From Lingula anatina (lineage: Eukaryota; Animalia; Brachiopoda), in the NCBI GenBank assembly GCA_051362555.1, contig CM120642.1:12524001-12588000 (forward strand): 64,000 nt of DNA, in the 5' to 3' direction. Position 1 is the first letter of the stretch. Each line of letters starts with the position of its first letter. Shown here one piece after another: positions 1-13,400 of the stretch. The notes beneath the pieces are model-generated. The model did not search any database and had not been told where the DNA came from. It saw nothing but the letters and a program-made list of their open reading frames with translations. The translations under genes were made by a program, and so were the position numbers.

Positions 1-370
1 AGTCTTCTTTTAGCGACTATCATTATTTAGAATTCCCTGATCAGCGACTAACCAACGATGAGTGTTGACGTTTAATCCATGTTATTTTCTTCATTTTGTT
101 TTTTCTTTAGTAAGACATCTTTCGCATGCAAAGAATCAACCAATGGTTGCTTAAACGGCAGTCAATACTGCCGCTTAGGTAAGGGAGAGAGGGAATTGTA
201 AAACTATATACACTTTTCTTAAGCTAGGCCTACATATTCTTAACAACCGTCATCGCTGCAAAACATTCCACATTTCTTTCTCTGTTTTTCAAAGTACCAT
301 GCACATATGCAGGTAAAATACAATACGTGGTAAAAAGCTACCGGTTTAAGCGAAAAGATTAACTACTTAC

Positions 371-480
371 GTGATAAATAGTCCTTCGCATTCAAGGCAT
401 CAATCTTCTTTGACTACCACGTTCTCTTGGTGCGGCATTGCATATCGTTTAGGCACCCTTCCTCACAATAATTCCTTGTT
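371..480 (-). other. Possible 5' (mostly untranslated) exon of a gene extending off the left edge
   Basis: Minus-strand donor CAC|GTAAGTA at 371/370 and acceptor ATTGACAG at ~481 in a CpG-rich region. No long ORF (only MRRTIYH before the donor). Confidence 0.25.
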
Positions 481-998
481 CTGTCAATACAATTACCATG
501 TAACATCTGCGTGTAATTGAATATTGGACAAATGTTACACTACTGTGCACCTAAACATACTCGTCTGTCTGCCTGTGTCACAAGTAACAGAATAAGATTT
601 TCCTGGATTAATGATTAATCTTTGCCTTCGGGAGTCCGAAAGATGAGGGCAGAGGGCTGGATAACACAAGATAAATTCTTAATGAGAGCACTTTCAGTTT
701 TAAGTGAAAACACGGTCATCTGCTGAGCGCGTCAATTACGTTGTAAGTGCATCATTAGCGTTCAAACTGAGAATGGTTATTGTTTTTTGGTTGCATTAGT
801 TCATGCAGTGTGCACGTCATAAGATAAAACAGACGTGCGATAAAGCAGTCGATTAATTGCAATTCGCTGTCGAGTGAACGTGCGACGGTCACGTTTCGAG
901 CTTATAACGTTTTTTTTCATGTATTTTAAGCGCGACACAAGAGCTCCTTCATCTGTGCTGTTCGTGAACACATGATAATACTATAGGTAACTTAACTG

Positions 999-1035
<37 letters not shown>

Positions 1036-1838
1036 TGCCCTAAACGAATTGTCCACAATGCTGCACTCAAGAATCGAATTTTAATTATCAAAATGACAGA
1101 CAAACATATTTGCCCCAAACCTGCATTATACGTTTGTATAACCAGCTGTCGACCCACAATCTTTTTAGTGATAAAAGAAATAGCAATTATCTATAGACCT
1201 TAATTTTTCAATACGGGCATTAACAAATTACGTACGGACGTCAATGTTGCTGTTATGAGGCAAGCCCTTATCTACGGAACCTATTACTGGAAAAAAATTG
1301 ACAATTAAAAATCCTTATATCATAATGAAAGTATTAGGTATTTTTACATATCTTAATGTTATGATAAAGTTATCAACGATCATGATCTACCGACACCAAT
1401 ACTATAATAAAAGTATAAATAATTAGTAAACCCCAACAATTCCTTTCACCACACAATGGTTTACATGGCCAAAAATGATCAGGCTCCTCTACACTTTGAT
1501 CCTAATACATCATCTGTTTACAACATCCTTAAAACACATTCTTAAAATCTGAATTAGGAAATAACATCAAAATCCATATTTTTCATTTATTCTGTAACAA
1601 CAATTTGATCCGTCTTAGTTCATGGAGGACCAAAATTTTATATCACTTCCCAGCATTTAATAGCCCTTAGCATGAAACGTTAACATCAAACTAAAACATT
1701 ATCGTCTTTTCAATTACATATTACAGTCAACAATTGAACATACAAATTACAATATCAAAAACAACCACAGGGAATGGGTAGCCCTCATATCCAATAATCT
1801 CTTCATTCCTGGACTTGCCTACAAGAAGTGGAATATTA

Positions 1839-3571
1839 TCACTGAACTATCAGATTATATGAAAATGCAGCTAATATAGCCACCACTACTCCCAGTATTG
1901 CATATTTCCCGTACAGTCTCCACACTGGGACAACTTCCTCGACTTCCTTCTGCTTTCTAGGCTTCCGTTTTCTACCCTTCAATCTGCGTTCATACTCCTC
2001 CAGCTCTTCTTGCTGTCTTTTCTCCTCTTCTGCTTTTTTGGTTGCTTCTTCAATTTCTTTTTGCTAAATAATAAATGCATGTGATTGAAACCCTATCCAA
2101 AGTTTTACTGATACTGATTTTGAAATAGATATTTCGTTTGGGCTTACTGCCATTCAATCATTAATAATATTACACTTAAAACAAATGGCCTTTGCCCCCA
2201 TTCTATTCAAACCACCCTAAAACATCAAATGAACCATGCAGAATCCTCTAAAGAACCCACCTTCTTTTGTTTCACCATATCTTCCTTACACTTGCCATCA
2301 CACTCCAGGGTGACCTTCCCAGCCTGGACTTCCTGGCAGGGGAAGTTTTTCTTCTTCCTCCTGCAGGGGCAGGTCACTTTGGTCTTCTCTACACACTGGT
2401 CAGGGGCTGGACATTGTCCACTGTGACATGTGGAGGGGCACTGGTGACCACAAGTCAGCTGGAAAGGAATTAAGTGAGACATAGGCTCATATGTGGTAGA
2501 ATATCTCCAATTGTTACTACAACAAAATCAGACTAATTAATAAAAGTCCCCCCCCCCAACCCATACCAGACTCCTACCGTCTTGGGGCACCTGCTTTGAC
2601 AGGCCTGCAGTTTGTCCCTGGTGATGTCATCGGCACACGTCCACTTGTCACACTCTATATGGAGCAGCATCAGCTTACAGTGACAGCGCATACGAAACAT
2701 CTGCTGACAGGGGGGACAGTCCCCAGGGTGACAGGGGAGGAGACACTGGTGGGTGCACCCCTGGGGGCGGGGCTGGCCACAGGCCTCCTCACACTTGGCA
2801 CAGTTGGATCCAGCCTGGTGTAACAGAAAAGGTTACATAAAATGTACATATAATTTTTATGAATATCATATTTATTGACCCAATCATTTTCATTTATGAG
2901 CTTTGGTGTTTTTCTAGCATTTCTTTATATTTTCCCAATGCACCTGGCTATCAAAAAATCTGTTGTCGAAGATATTCTAGTTGCTTTTATCTCAAAACAC
3001 TGATAATCAAGTACAACTAAAAATGACATATGAAAAAATGCAGCATTCAGGTTTTTGCCAATGAAACTAGAGGAAAGTGGAATTTTTTCAGATCAGAAGG
3101 AACATTTAGTATACCAATTTGTCATCAGGAGCCCCCTCCACAATATGGCACTCCAGGTGACAGGTGTGATTGCCACAGTCCAGCTGCCGGCCACACTGAC
3201 GGCCACAAGAGTACGGTCTCAGCTCAGAGCAAGGGACATGGATCGTCTAAAATTTAAAGAGATCACATTAAGATTTTGATTTGCAAAATGCATTTTATTC
3301 CATGGTCACACATTATCTTAGTTGATTTAAAAATGTTCCTCAGCTGGGAGAATTTTGAATTTTTTTTTTCAATTTTCAGAATCAAAATTGCTGTTGGACT
3401 TTAACAAACAAGAGACAGATGTAACTGGTACCTCATGTTTGCCTCTACAGGTGACTGGCATGGGCACTCGACATGGAGGACACGGCTGGTTCACAGTCTC
3501 TATCCTAACCTCTGGTTTGGCCTCCCAAGGACCAGCTCTCTGGACCTAAAAACAGGAACACACCATAAGAT

Positions 3572-3603
<32 letters not shown>

Positions 3604-6600
3604 TATTATAATAATTATAATTATAAAACAATAACAACAACAACAATCTGATAATAATATGTTTATTGACCCCCAAAAAAGATGCTGAATTTTTATCAAT
3701 GACTAATTCTTAATTCTTAATTCTTAATTGTTAGTTAAGCTCAGTTTTATCTGTCAACTAAACTTAAGAGTGTGGAACTGTTAAATAGTCAGTAAAGACA
3801 CTCTGAATGGCCCAAGCTAATACTCCGAGAAAACCTTGCCTGGAAAAATGTTTACTGAAATCAGATCAATACTTTAATACATATAAATGACTAATAAGTC
3901 AGACTTTATATTCTTTAACTGCTACAGAAAATATTACAATTTATCACTGTCTAGAAAAAAAAAAGAAACTAGAGGATCAGAGAGGCGATACCGCCTCCTG
4001 ATATTGTACCACCAGCTGGGGTAAGCGCATTTGTATGGGAAAGAAAAAGAAAGTGGGGCCCCACCTGTATGGTTGTGGGTGACAAGCTGCAGGAAATGTA
4101 GTAAACAAGGTGTTTTTTTTTTTATTTTCTGTTTTGGCATCTAATGGCTGCTTTTCCCATGAAAATGCACCGATTGACCCCGAACTTCCACACATTAAAG
4201 CAGTCTGCAATTGTAACCCCTCAGTATAATATGAGAGCTAAGGTCTGCTTAGTTTCTGAACATTGGCACAAACAAATATCTTTTTGCAGAAATTCCCTTT
4301 TTTGCGATCTAGGAGGATAATTGGTAGTGGTGCCTTTTATCCCACGCCACCCTGCGGAGCCGTACGATATGGGTTGGTACTAAAACCACGAATACCCCCA
4401 GCTTACACACTGGTGGTACTAACTATGGGCATATCTTTGCCAGTTTTGAAAGTATAAGCACTGAAAAAAGTTGCAAAGTTCAGTCCATGGTGAAAAGTAG
4501 GTCAAAGGTCAATTTCAAGGTCACAGTTAAATTGCCAGTATATGACTTCCTATTCAACTTCAATAGTAACTATTGACCCAACTCTTCTAGTTTTGGAGAT
4601 ATAAGAGACTAAAAATTTTCAAACTTCAGTTAATGGTGAAAAGTAGGAATGTACTTTTTGATACAGCATAACTCGTGAACCATATGGAAAACAAAAAAAC
4701 GGAGACCACCCTCAGTGTTGGGCTTGACATGCTCTATCAAATGCAAAAAACAAGAGGTCTCTAGCATTAACGACTCCAGAATTAGAGAGAGTTTTATGTT
4801 TCAGCATCTAATGGCCGCTGCTCCCATGAAAATGCATCGATTGACTCAAAACTCACAGAGATGAAAGATAACCTGAAGGGTAACAACTACCAAAAATATT
4901 AGAGGTTAGGTCTGCGTAGTTTCTGAATATCAGCACAAATAATTTTTTTTCGTAAAAAATTCCCTTTTTTTGAAAATTTTGGCCTGTTTGACCTTGAAAT
5001 AAAGGTCAAAGGTCAAATCCAAGGGCATATTTGGAATCCTCATATGTGACTTGCGGTCAGACTTCTATATTAATTTTTCCCATAATTCCTTCAGTTTGGG
5101 AGATATATAGCATTGAATTTTCAAAAATTCTGACTAGGGTGCATTTCAACGAGCGTCATGCCCAGGTAATTGCACCGATCGAGACAAAAAAACCAGGGGG
5201 TTCAAGTTGAGATTATATGTGACCTAAATCCAAGAGATGGGGACACAAGCCCATGTAGTCTAGGAGGAGAAGCGGTAACGGTGACTTGTATCCCACGCCA
5301 CCCTGCGGAGCCGGCGGAGCTCACGGAGCCGGCGGAGCTTACGGAGGCGGCGGAGCCGTACGATACGGGTCGGGACTAAAACCATGAGTACCGCCAGCGT
5401 ACACGCTGGTGGTACTAAATACTAGTAATTTTAAATTATCAACATTTTCTAGGAGTAATGACAGATGAAATATGTTTATTCATCATAAATTATGCCATCT
5501 GGTTCCTCTCAAAGAGTAACTCCCACCTTTTCCTGGAATCTCATGAGCACAGCAGAGTGACAAGGCATGGGACAGATGTGTCCGCAGGGTGATGTCTTAT
5601 GACACACCTGTCTACATGGAGGACACCTGCCAAAGTGACACCTGTGCTTCTCCCTGCTTGGGTGGTGACAATCTGGGGGAATGCTGGGGGAAATTTGGTA
5701 AAAGAATAGTTGTAGACCTTTCTTACAAAGAATGTCTATACTGCTTTGTCTATTAAAATGCTGTGAGTATATGAAAAATGGTAACATCATTCTTTCATCG
5801 TGAACACATTGTTGCCACAAGTTGATAACTGAATCATTATCCTACTGTTACAGTGTTACCCACATAAAAGTGTAATGGCCTTATACATCTCTTTTCTTAT
5901 CAACCATTTTTTTTAAGTTCTTCAGATCTTCAGTACACTTTAAATGCATTTAAAGAAGGTAAATATAAATTTAATTGCAGTACTCACCTACATGGCTTAT
6001 TGCACCTGGGAGGTTTGGTCACCTTCTCCCTGCCACAAGGTACAGTAATGACAGTAGAGCCACAGTGGCACTTCACCTCTACAGTGAGGGGGCAAGGATA
6101 GCAGGGACCTGTGGGAGATATAAGGCCAATGTGCTATTAAAACATTCAACAATATGTTATGATATGTTTTAATATTTCATATGCTATAATATGTCACAAA
6201 AATAATAATGCTATAAAATATTATAATGTATATAAAGCCAGACTCCAATTTTTTAACTATGGGGAATGTTATAAAATGATCCTGCGTACCCATAAAGGTT
6301 CAATCCCCCTTTTCTTGGATAAGAGGAGACTGGATTCACCAAAATAATTTTCATAAGGGTGTTGGGGTGATGAGAGGGCGGGGTGAAGGTTATTGACCCA
6401 TATTACCTGTGTGACATACGCTTGCACATTTGTGGTTCCTACAGCCCAAGGTTTTACCACACTGCTGTTCACAGGGAGGACAGCTACCATCACAACACTG
6501 AAACCACATCAAAGCATAATAATACAGAGTTATCTCGCCTATTGAAATATGCTAATATTGTACTTGCAGGTCTGTTTACTGTATGGGGTATTTGTATTGT

Positions 6601-7368
6601 AACACTATATATAAAATATACAACACCTATAGGTTGTTTAGTGAAAAACACCATGTTTTACTTCCAGCATCAACAATGCTAACAAATACATAACGCATTC
6701 TGGGGTCAAAATAGCTTTTGAGTTTTTGATAATGGCAATGAATAATTGTTCAGTGAATTCTATCATTTTAGTTGGCTGTGTTCATAGAATTTTTCAATGT
6801 CATACAGATATTTCAGTCTGCATTTCAAATTTCAATCATATATATCACAGTCTAGAGAGAAAATTTTTAGAAATATTAAAATCTTTTTCATAAAGTCATA
6901 CATGTATATCTCTGCACCATACCTTTCTCTTACATGCATGTTTCCCACAATCCTTCAGTTTAGTACATTTGATTTCACATAAATATTCCTTGTAGCATGG
7001 CACTTCCTTCTTCTTTGCTCCACAACGACACCTCTTGGTAATCATTTGAAGACACTGTAATATAAAAAAATGCAGAATTTGTGATCCCACTCTTAGAGAT
7101 ATTATATATACATATAATAAATTTCTTTCACTTTTTTATGAGTATTTCAGACTGATTTTCATCCTTACTATACATCTTGATTCATTGTGACATAAAAAGT
7201 GGTTAACCAAATCTTAGTAGTATATCGTTAACACACACAAGCATGCACACCATGTCTCATACACAAGCACATTTACTCGCTCTTTCATGCGCATGTGTGC
7301 TCACCAACACATGTACTCACAAATGCAGGAAAACACATGAACATATACAAATGTGACAAATGCAGACA

Positions 7369-7417
<49 letters not shown>

Positions 7418-10400
7418 ATCCCCACCATTCCACATGGTCCATAGTGACATCTAGTTGAGCACCTGTGTTCCCCACACTCCAGTAGTTTATCACACGTGTC
7501 TCCACAAGTGGGGATGTCCTCTGTACATGGGAGATTGGCCTCTACAAAGGGAACAAGTAAAGTTTTCTTAATACACCATACAAAATGCATCAGACCATAG
7601 ATAGTGGGCAGAGAAGAGGCAATCCTGGTGATCCCAAGCCATTACTGTAACTGACATGCCTGTTCTCAGTGCGAAGTTATACTAGTCATGCTGTTATGTA
7701 TAATTAGTTTAATCCAAAACCTCACTATGATCTAAGAGTCCATAATTCCTTTTTTATCAGAAATTTGGTCTTTTTCCTACATTTTACATAATATCTTAAT
7801 GTTACAGTAATATCCTATAATTTTCCATATCCACAATACTGAACTACATTTTCTACATCTTTATAACTATTATATAATCTTATACAATATCATCAATATC
7901 ACAATTCTGTAATACATTTCTTTTGCTACCACAATGTGTTGTTCTTACTTGACTTCCCACAAGGACAAGTTCTCTCCTGAGCTCTGGGGCATATATGACT
8001 GAAGTCTGCTGTATGACACACCTGTTCACATGTATGGACACCACAGGACAGCACCTTGCCACACACCTGTCATAACATTTATACTGTATATATATAAAGT
8101 CTTTTTTTTTCAAAATTACATGGCACAGCATGTGATATTCCTCTGTACTGTGTAAGTGTATAGGAGTGCAAGGGATAATGCATGAAAGAATAGCATTACA
8201 ATTCATGACATTTTAATACTTCTCTTTTTCCTATTTTCACTATTATTATAATGAAATGTATGTACTATGTGTTATTTGTAGATATTGATTTAGTCTCAGT
8301 TAATTGTACCTTCAGTGTAAAGGTTGAATCAATAAACTTTTTCACATATGGACCTCCTTTGCATGCATAAGCACCTGTAAGCCATCTTCATTACTGAGCA
8401 TAAATACACCTTCACTGGATTTAATCAAACCAGGCATTTATACAATGGAGGCTATTGCAAGCAGTTTTTAAGGATGATTAATAGAAGTAATGACACCTAT
8501 GAGAGCCAAATGCCAGCACTGATGTTGCAGTTTTCAGACATTTTGCCCATTCTTCCCAGTTTTAATTAACCACAAGATGTACATTTTGGAGAAAATAGCT
8601 GGAATGTCTACATCAACAAAATATAAATTTGCTCATAAAAAATCATTCACTTGTACTTATATTCAAACCATTGTTAGCTTTCTTGTGTCACTATTGTCAC
8701 ATGCCCTAGGCACCTGTCACAGAGGTATAATAACTGTACCTTGTCACATTGCCAGACAGGAGAGGCACAGGGTCTCATGACTTTCTTGTGTCCACACTGA
8801 CATGACTGTAAACTGACCTCAGGGCAAGCTGGACAGTCGTCTGGAAGACCATGTGTCATTAAAACAATGATGACAACTGAATTTTATCTTTCTCAATTTA
8901 CTCTAACTTTTACTTTTATTATTCAAACAACTTTTAATAGTACATATAAACAATATAAAAGAAGGTTCTTTTTAACTTCAGCTTTGTGCAGCTTTTTTTT
9001 TTACAGTGAGACAAAATATACCACTCACTTAACATATGCACTTATTTTATAAAAAGACACCTTAATTATCAATGATAAAAATGGTGCAGTATCCTGATAA
9101 AGACAGGTATAAGTATACACAAGCATAACCCAAGTTTATATTATGCCACTCACTTTTTAATGAAATGTACGCTGCTTAACACATTAGTTAGAATGCTGCA
9201 AAGGATGTGGTGCACTTAAAAGGGAGGGGGGGCATTTACCTTTTTTACAGCTTTAAACCCTAAAGAATTTTTTGTTTGGGGAGGGGGATATCACTAACCT
9301 TTATGACACAGTTCTTTACACCTGTGGTTCCCACAAGGCAAAGGTTTGTCACACCTCTTCCCACATGACCACTCCCTGATACCACACCTCTTTAGTGATG
9401 GAGGCTGCTTGCCACAGAAACAGGCCACTTTCACCGTCTTGGGGCATGGGGGACAAGGACCTTGGAGACGATAAATATGAATACATATAATGTATTACTT
9501 ATTGTGTTAAATCTGTTTTTCAAGGCTATAATATAATGTTTTTCAATAATAATAATATTTTAACATTTTGGTACCAAATGTTTCATTTCAATGATATGGT
9601 TTTTTAACATCTTAATTGAATAAAGCCAATATGCTGTAAAACATCAATATTATTTTTAAATTAAATTTTAAATTTTTCACCTGGATGACACAGCAGCAGG
9701 CAGGAGTGGCCACATTCTGGCTTCAGTAACTTCCCACATGTCTGTCCACAGGAGTGAGGCACAAGCCAGGGGTCAAAGGTCGGGTCAACCACCTTGCCAC
9801 AGTAGCACAGGTACTTGGAGGGACACTGGCTTTGCCTGTACTCATAGCGACATTTTGGACTAATAAGAAAAAAATGGGCCAGAGTATATAATTTTTGAAA
9901 AATACATGATTGTTACTGTAAGTGATTTACACATCTAAAACAAAAATATATAATCAAATTTTAGATGATATATAAAATAATTTGGCAAAAATTAATAACA
10001 AAATGGAACTATTGTATTAGATTATATCAAAGATAAAGATACATAATATAAATGATCATTTTGCTTAATTATCATATGATGCATCCAAAAATTGAGATTA
10101 TTTCAAGGATAATTTTGTATAATCAACATGGAGATAATCAACAGTAATGTCAGCAGCTCCCTACCAGAACCATGGAAGATCTCTTTTAGGGAAGTGTTCC
10201 TCAGACAGGGCCGTCTGCTGGTACACCCCCTCTTTCACCCACTTCTGTATACAGGGGACATGGAAAGGGCAGTAACAGCCTTCACAGCTCCAGATCTGGA
10301 CACAACATGGAATGTACAGTAATTATTCATGAATTTCAAATGTTTTAATTACATCAAACATTCAGATTTTTAAAATTTTGCAACTTCTGTTACATGTGCT

Positions 10401-12004
10401 CATAAAAGCAAAGTTTATGATATGAAGCTCAGTTAGATTTAAGGTTCGTTTTGTAATCAAAGGTTACAAAACTATGAACAAAATCTTACCTTCAACTGTA
10501 ATGAAATATCCACATTATAATTTAAAGCTTAATTGATAATGAGAAATCTAAACATCACTTTGACACCCAGTCCCTGTCTTTACAAATTACAAAAAATAAA
10601 ATAAAACCTAAAATGTTACTCCAGTTATATAGATATAAGCATAAAAAATTGGCCACATACTCACTAATACAAGGAATTGTTCTGACATACAAAGACAAGT
10701 TTAAACTTACTGCATCACTCCTCTTGATTGTTTCAATACATATCAAACAGATGTTAGACTCAGACTTAAATGAGTTGAGCAGGAACTCCTGTGTCTTTCC
10801 AAGAGTCCCTACATCTTGACAATCACCTGCAAACAGGTTTAAACAATAAGTTATGTATGATACCAACATCATGTATGTGTAAAGCAACTATTTCCTTTCA
10901 ATTTCAGATATTTTAATGGATTATGAACCAAGGAGAATTTTTTACACAGAACTTTATAAAACAACTTTTATATGACATCTTTCGTAAATAGTGCATGCAC
11001 TATGAATTTTTACTCTGTATCTTAGAGGGCAAATTAAATTTGTGTCTATTTTGAAAATATATGCAATAATATACATATGAAGATCAAAGGAACAGCAAGA
11101 TTTATTAATCAATTAAATGACCGAAAAAAATATCAAAATTCACAAGAAGGCAAATATGCAGCAGATAGTTAAATACAACTGAAAAATTATTTGTAAACCA
11201 AATTATGTAGAGATAAAAATTGTAAATGATGGCACATAATAAAATTCTGTTTGTGTTAAATGTGAATGATACATCACTGTGTAAAGATCTTATGATTAAA
11301 TTTTAAAATGTCCACAATTTTGCGAAGAATCACATACACTCATACAAAAACCATCTTTTCCTGTAAAATGTTGCCATTACCAGTTTGGCCTGTGAAAGAC
11401 TTAAGTAAGGAGCTAAGAATCCCAGCATCATTTTTGGAATCTTCCATTTCTTCATCTTCCTCATCATCATCTTCTCCATCAGAATCAAACTGCTGGTTGC
11501 TATTCAGGTGCTTTTTAACTGCTTCTTGATGTTTAGCACTAGCAGTCTGGAATCTTTGCTCTGCTGTCTTTAAAACACCTGGAATGTTAATAACAAATGA
11601 TACATCAAATATACAAGTTGAAAAGTGAAAATGCTGGCAAATACGTTTTTTATTTTTACACAATCACATATATGCTCTCCTGTTTGTTTTTGAGGAATTT
11701 TTTCTCAATTTTAAATTTAAAAAGGTTCTAAAATGTGTATCTAAAACACCAAAAATGTTAAATATGATAAGAAGTCAAGATGGTTAGGCAATTATTTGCT
11801 ATCAAAATTATGATGAATGACACAAACAAGCAAAAATATAGAATAAGTGTAACAAATACCGGCCATATTTCCATGCAGAGAGCCCTGTGATCTTGCCCCT
11901 CCTCTCCCCCGTCCACCAGGGACAGAGTTCCCATGTGGTGCTTTCATCTGACCTCTCCCTCTACCCCGGCCAGAGCCTTGTAGGTACAGGGGCTTGTCTC
12001 CCAT
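1839..12004 (-). CDS. NFXL1: NF-X1-type zinc finger protein NFXL1 (multi-exon, ~18 coding exons)
   Basis: Start MGDKPLY..GRGRGRG (12004), acidic [10 protein letters not shown] exon, RING-like [13 protein letters not shown].., many NF-X1 repeats ([40 protein letters not shown]). Last exon encodes a coiled coil plus hydrophobic tail ([21 protein letters not shown]), with TGA at 1839-1841. GT-AG junctions keep the frame. Confidence 0.92.
3573..3646. repeat. (AAT)n/(AAC)n microsatellite
   Basis: Direct reading. Confidence 0.9.
3967..5418 (-). mobile_element. Helentron-associated non-autonomous element (HINE/pearl/DINE-1-like), copy 1, in an NFXL1 intron
   Basis: Termini nearly identical to 54872-59133. 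One end is AACTAGAG + hairpin (TCAGAGAGGCG-ATAC-CGCCTCCTGA) + subTIR GTACCACCAGC. The other end is the palindrome AGTACCGCCAGC-GTACAC-GCTGGTGGTACT. A-rich flanks, no TSD, internal satellite unit. Confidence 0.8.
7372..7414. repeat. (AG)n microsatellite
   Basis: Direct reading; ~11 nt from an NFXL1 donor site. Confidence 0.95.
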
Positions 12005-13019
12005 CTTGGTACAGCACTTTTATAGCAAGTTTTTTTTCATTTACAGACTGAAAAGAAGAGTTGTGAAAAATAAACATGTAAATAATTAAATACACATGAT
12101 CATCTCAGCATGCATTTTTCTTGGGTATAAATGACCGTAATAGAAGAGTGCCATGCACAGATTTGGCAGGGTGAAATTAGTAACATAAAAGGGGATTTAA
12201 ACAAAATGCATAAACAGTTTCATAGGCTAAACTGTGAATATTGATTCAAACTGACTTAATCAGTTTATTTCTCTTTGCAGGACAGGATATGATAGACAGG
12301 ATATGATAATCAATACATTATCAAAAAAAAAAAAAAAAAAAAAGATCAATCTCTTAGATTGTGGAATGAGGCAGCTTTAGTATTGAAAAATTAGATTGTA
12401 TTTTTAATTAAGCAAATATATACCAGTGAAAACATGAATAAGCCATGGCAGACACTCTGAGAGTCTTAAGACAACAATATCTTATTTGAAGGAAGTGTCC
12501 GTAACAAGAGATCTGTACTGGTATTTTGAAGAAACTTAGCCTGATTGCCAACAACCAAACCAGAAGATAATGAAGCTGGATTTATTTTCATGTCGTCATT
12601 GGTGAAAACAGATCGTCAAAGATGTATATATGGAGAAAAAGGTTAAAGTTGTTTCCCCTGTTTGTATGTATTAACGCCCAGATTACAGGACATCTAATCA
12701 CCATATCTCAACATCCCCAAATGAACACTTGGTTTAAAAAATTTGTTCTCGCAAAATAAAAACCAAGGCACATATGATTTTGCATTGTATACAATCTGCT
12801 CCCCCCAAAAAAGTTATCCGATAAATCGGCAAATATCATGCCTGAATTTGGCTCGAGATACACTGAAGACTTCCTGAAAACCAACCACAGTCCAGTTCCC
12901 GTCGTCTGCCGGTCAACATAGATCTTTCATTTGAGAGTAATTAATATGTCTTATCCCACTAATGACACTTTTTTAATGTGTGTCATATAGTTTTTAGAGT
13001 TTAAGATAAATCAATTTAC

Positions 13020-13400
13020 CCGACTTGTGTCACTTATCCAGGGGAAAGTGAGATTAGACCACAGCGGAGACGACGTGGATCTTTCATTTCATGGGCGCGG
13101 CCATGATGGTTAATGCTTGATGGGTAAAGGGTTTTATTTATTGGTTCTTTTTATATTCCACTAAATTTACAATTATTGACACGTTGAAATAAAAATTTTA
13201 TTGAAAATTATACTGGTAGAAAATATCGACAAACATTTAGGATATTTACTAATATCATTCGAGTGTAGAGATGCGAGATTCAAGATTCGGCAAGATGGCG
13301 ATGTGAAGTCACTTTCTGTTTACAAATATATCCCGATATCTCCACTGTTGTCCATCATTTTTTGTTTGTTTTAGTCGTGTGCCATCATTATTGTATATGA
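13020..13400. promoter_or_regulatory. Bidirectional promoter of NFXL1 and UBE3A, including the non-coding first exon of NFXL1
   Basis: CpG-retaining region. Minus-strand donor GG|GTAAAT at ~13020. YY1-like CAAGATGGCG at 13291-13300 and CATCATGGCC on the minus strand at ~13099-13108. Head-to-head gene arrangement. Confidence 0.65.

Noticed and set aside
982-1033. Long poly(A) as a retroposon tail
   Set aside because: No TSD or recognisable SINE/LINE body upstream.
5170-5379. ORF with PAELTE repeats
   Set aside because: An 18-bp repeat in the HINE terminal region; absent from copy 2, no coding context.
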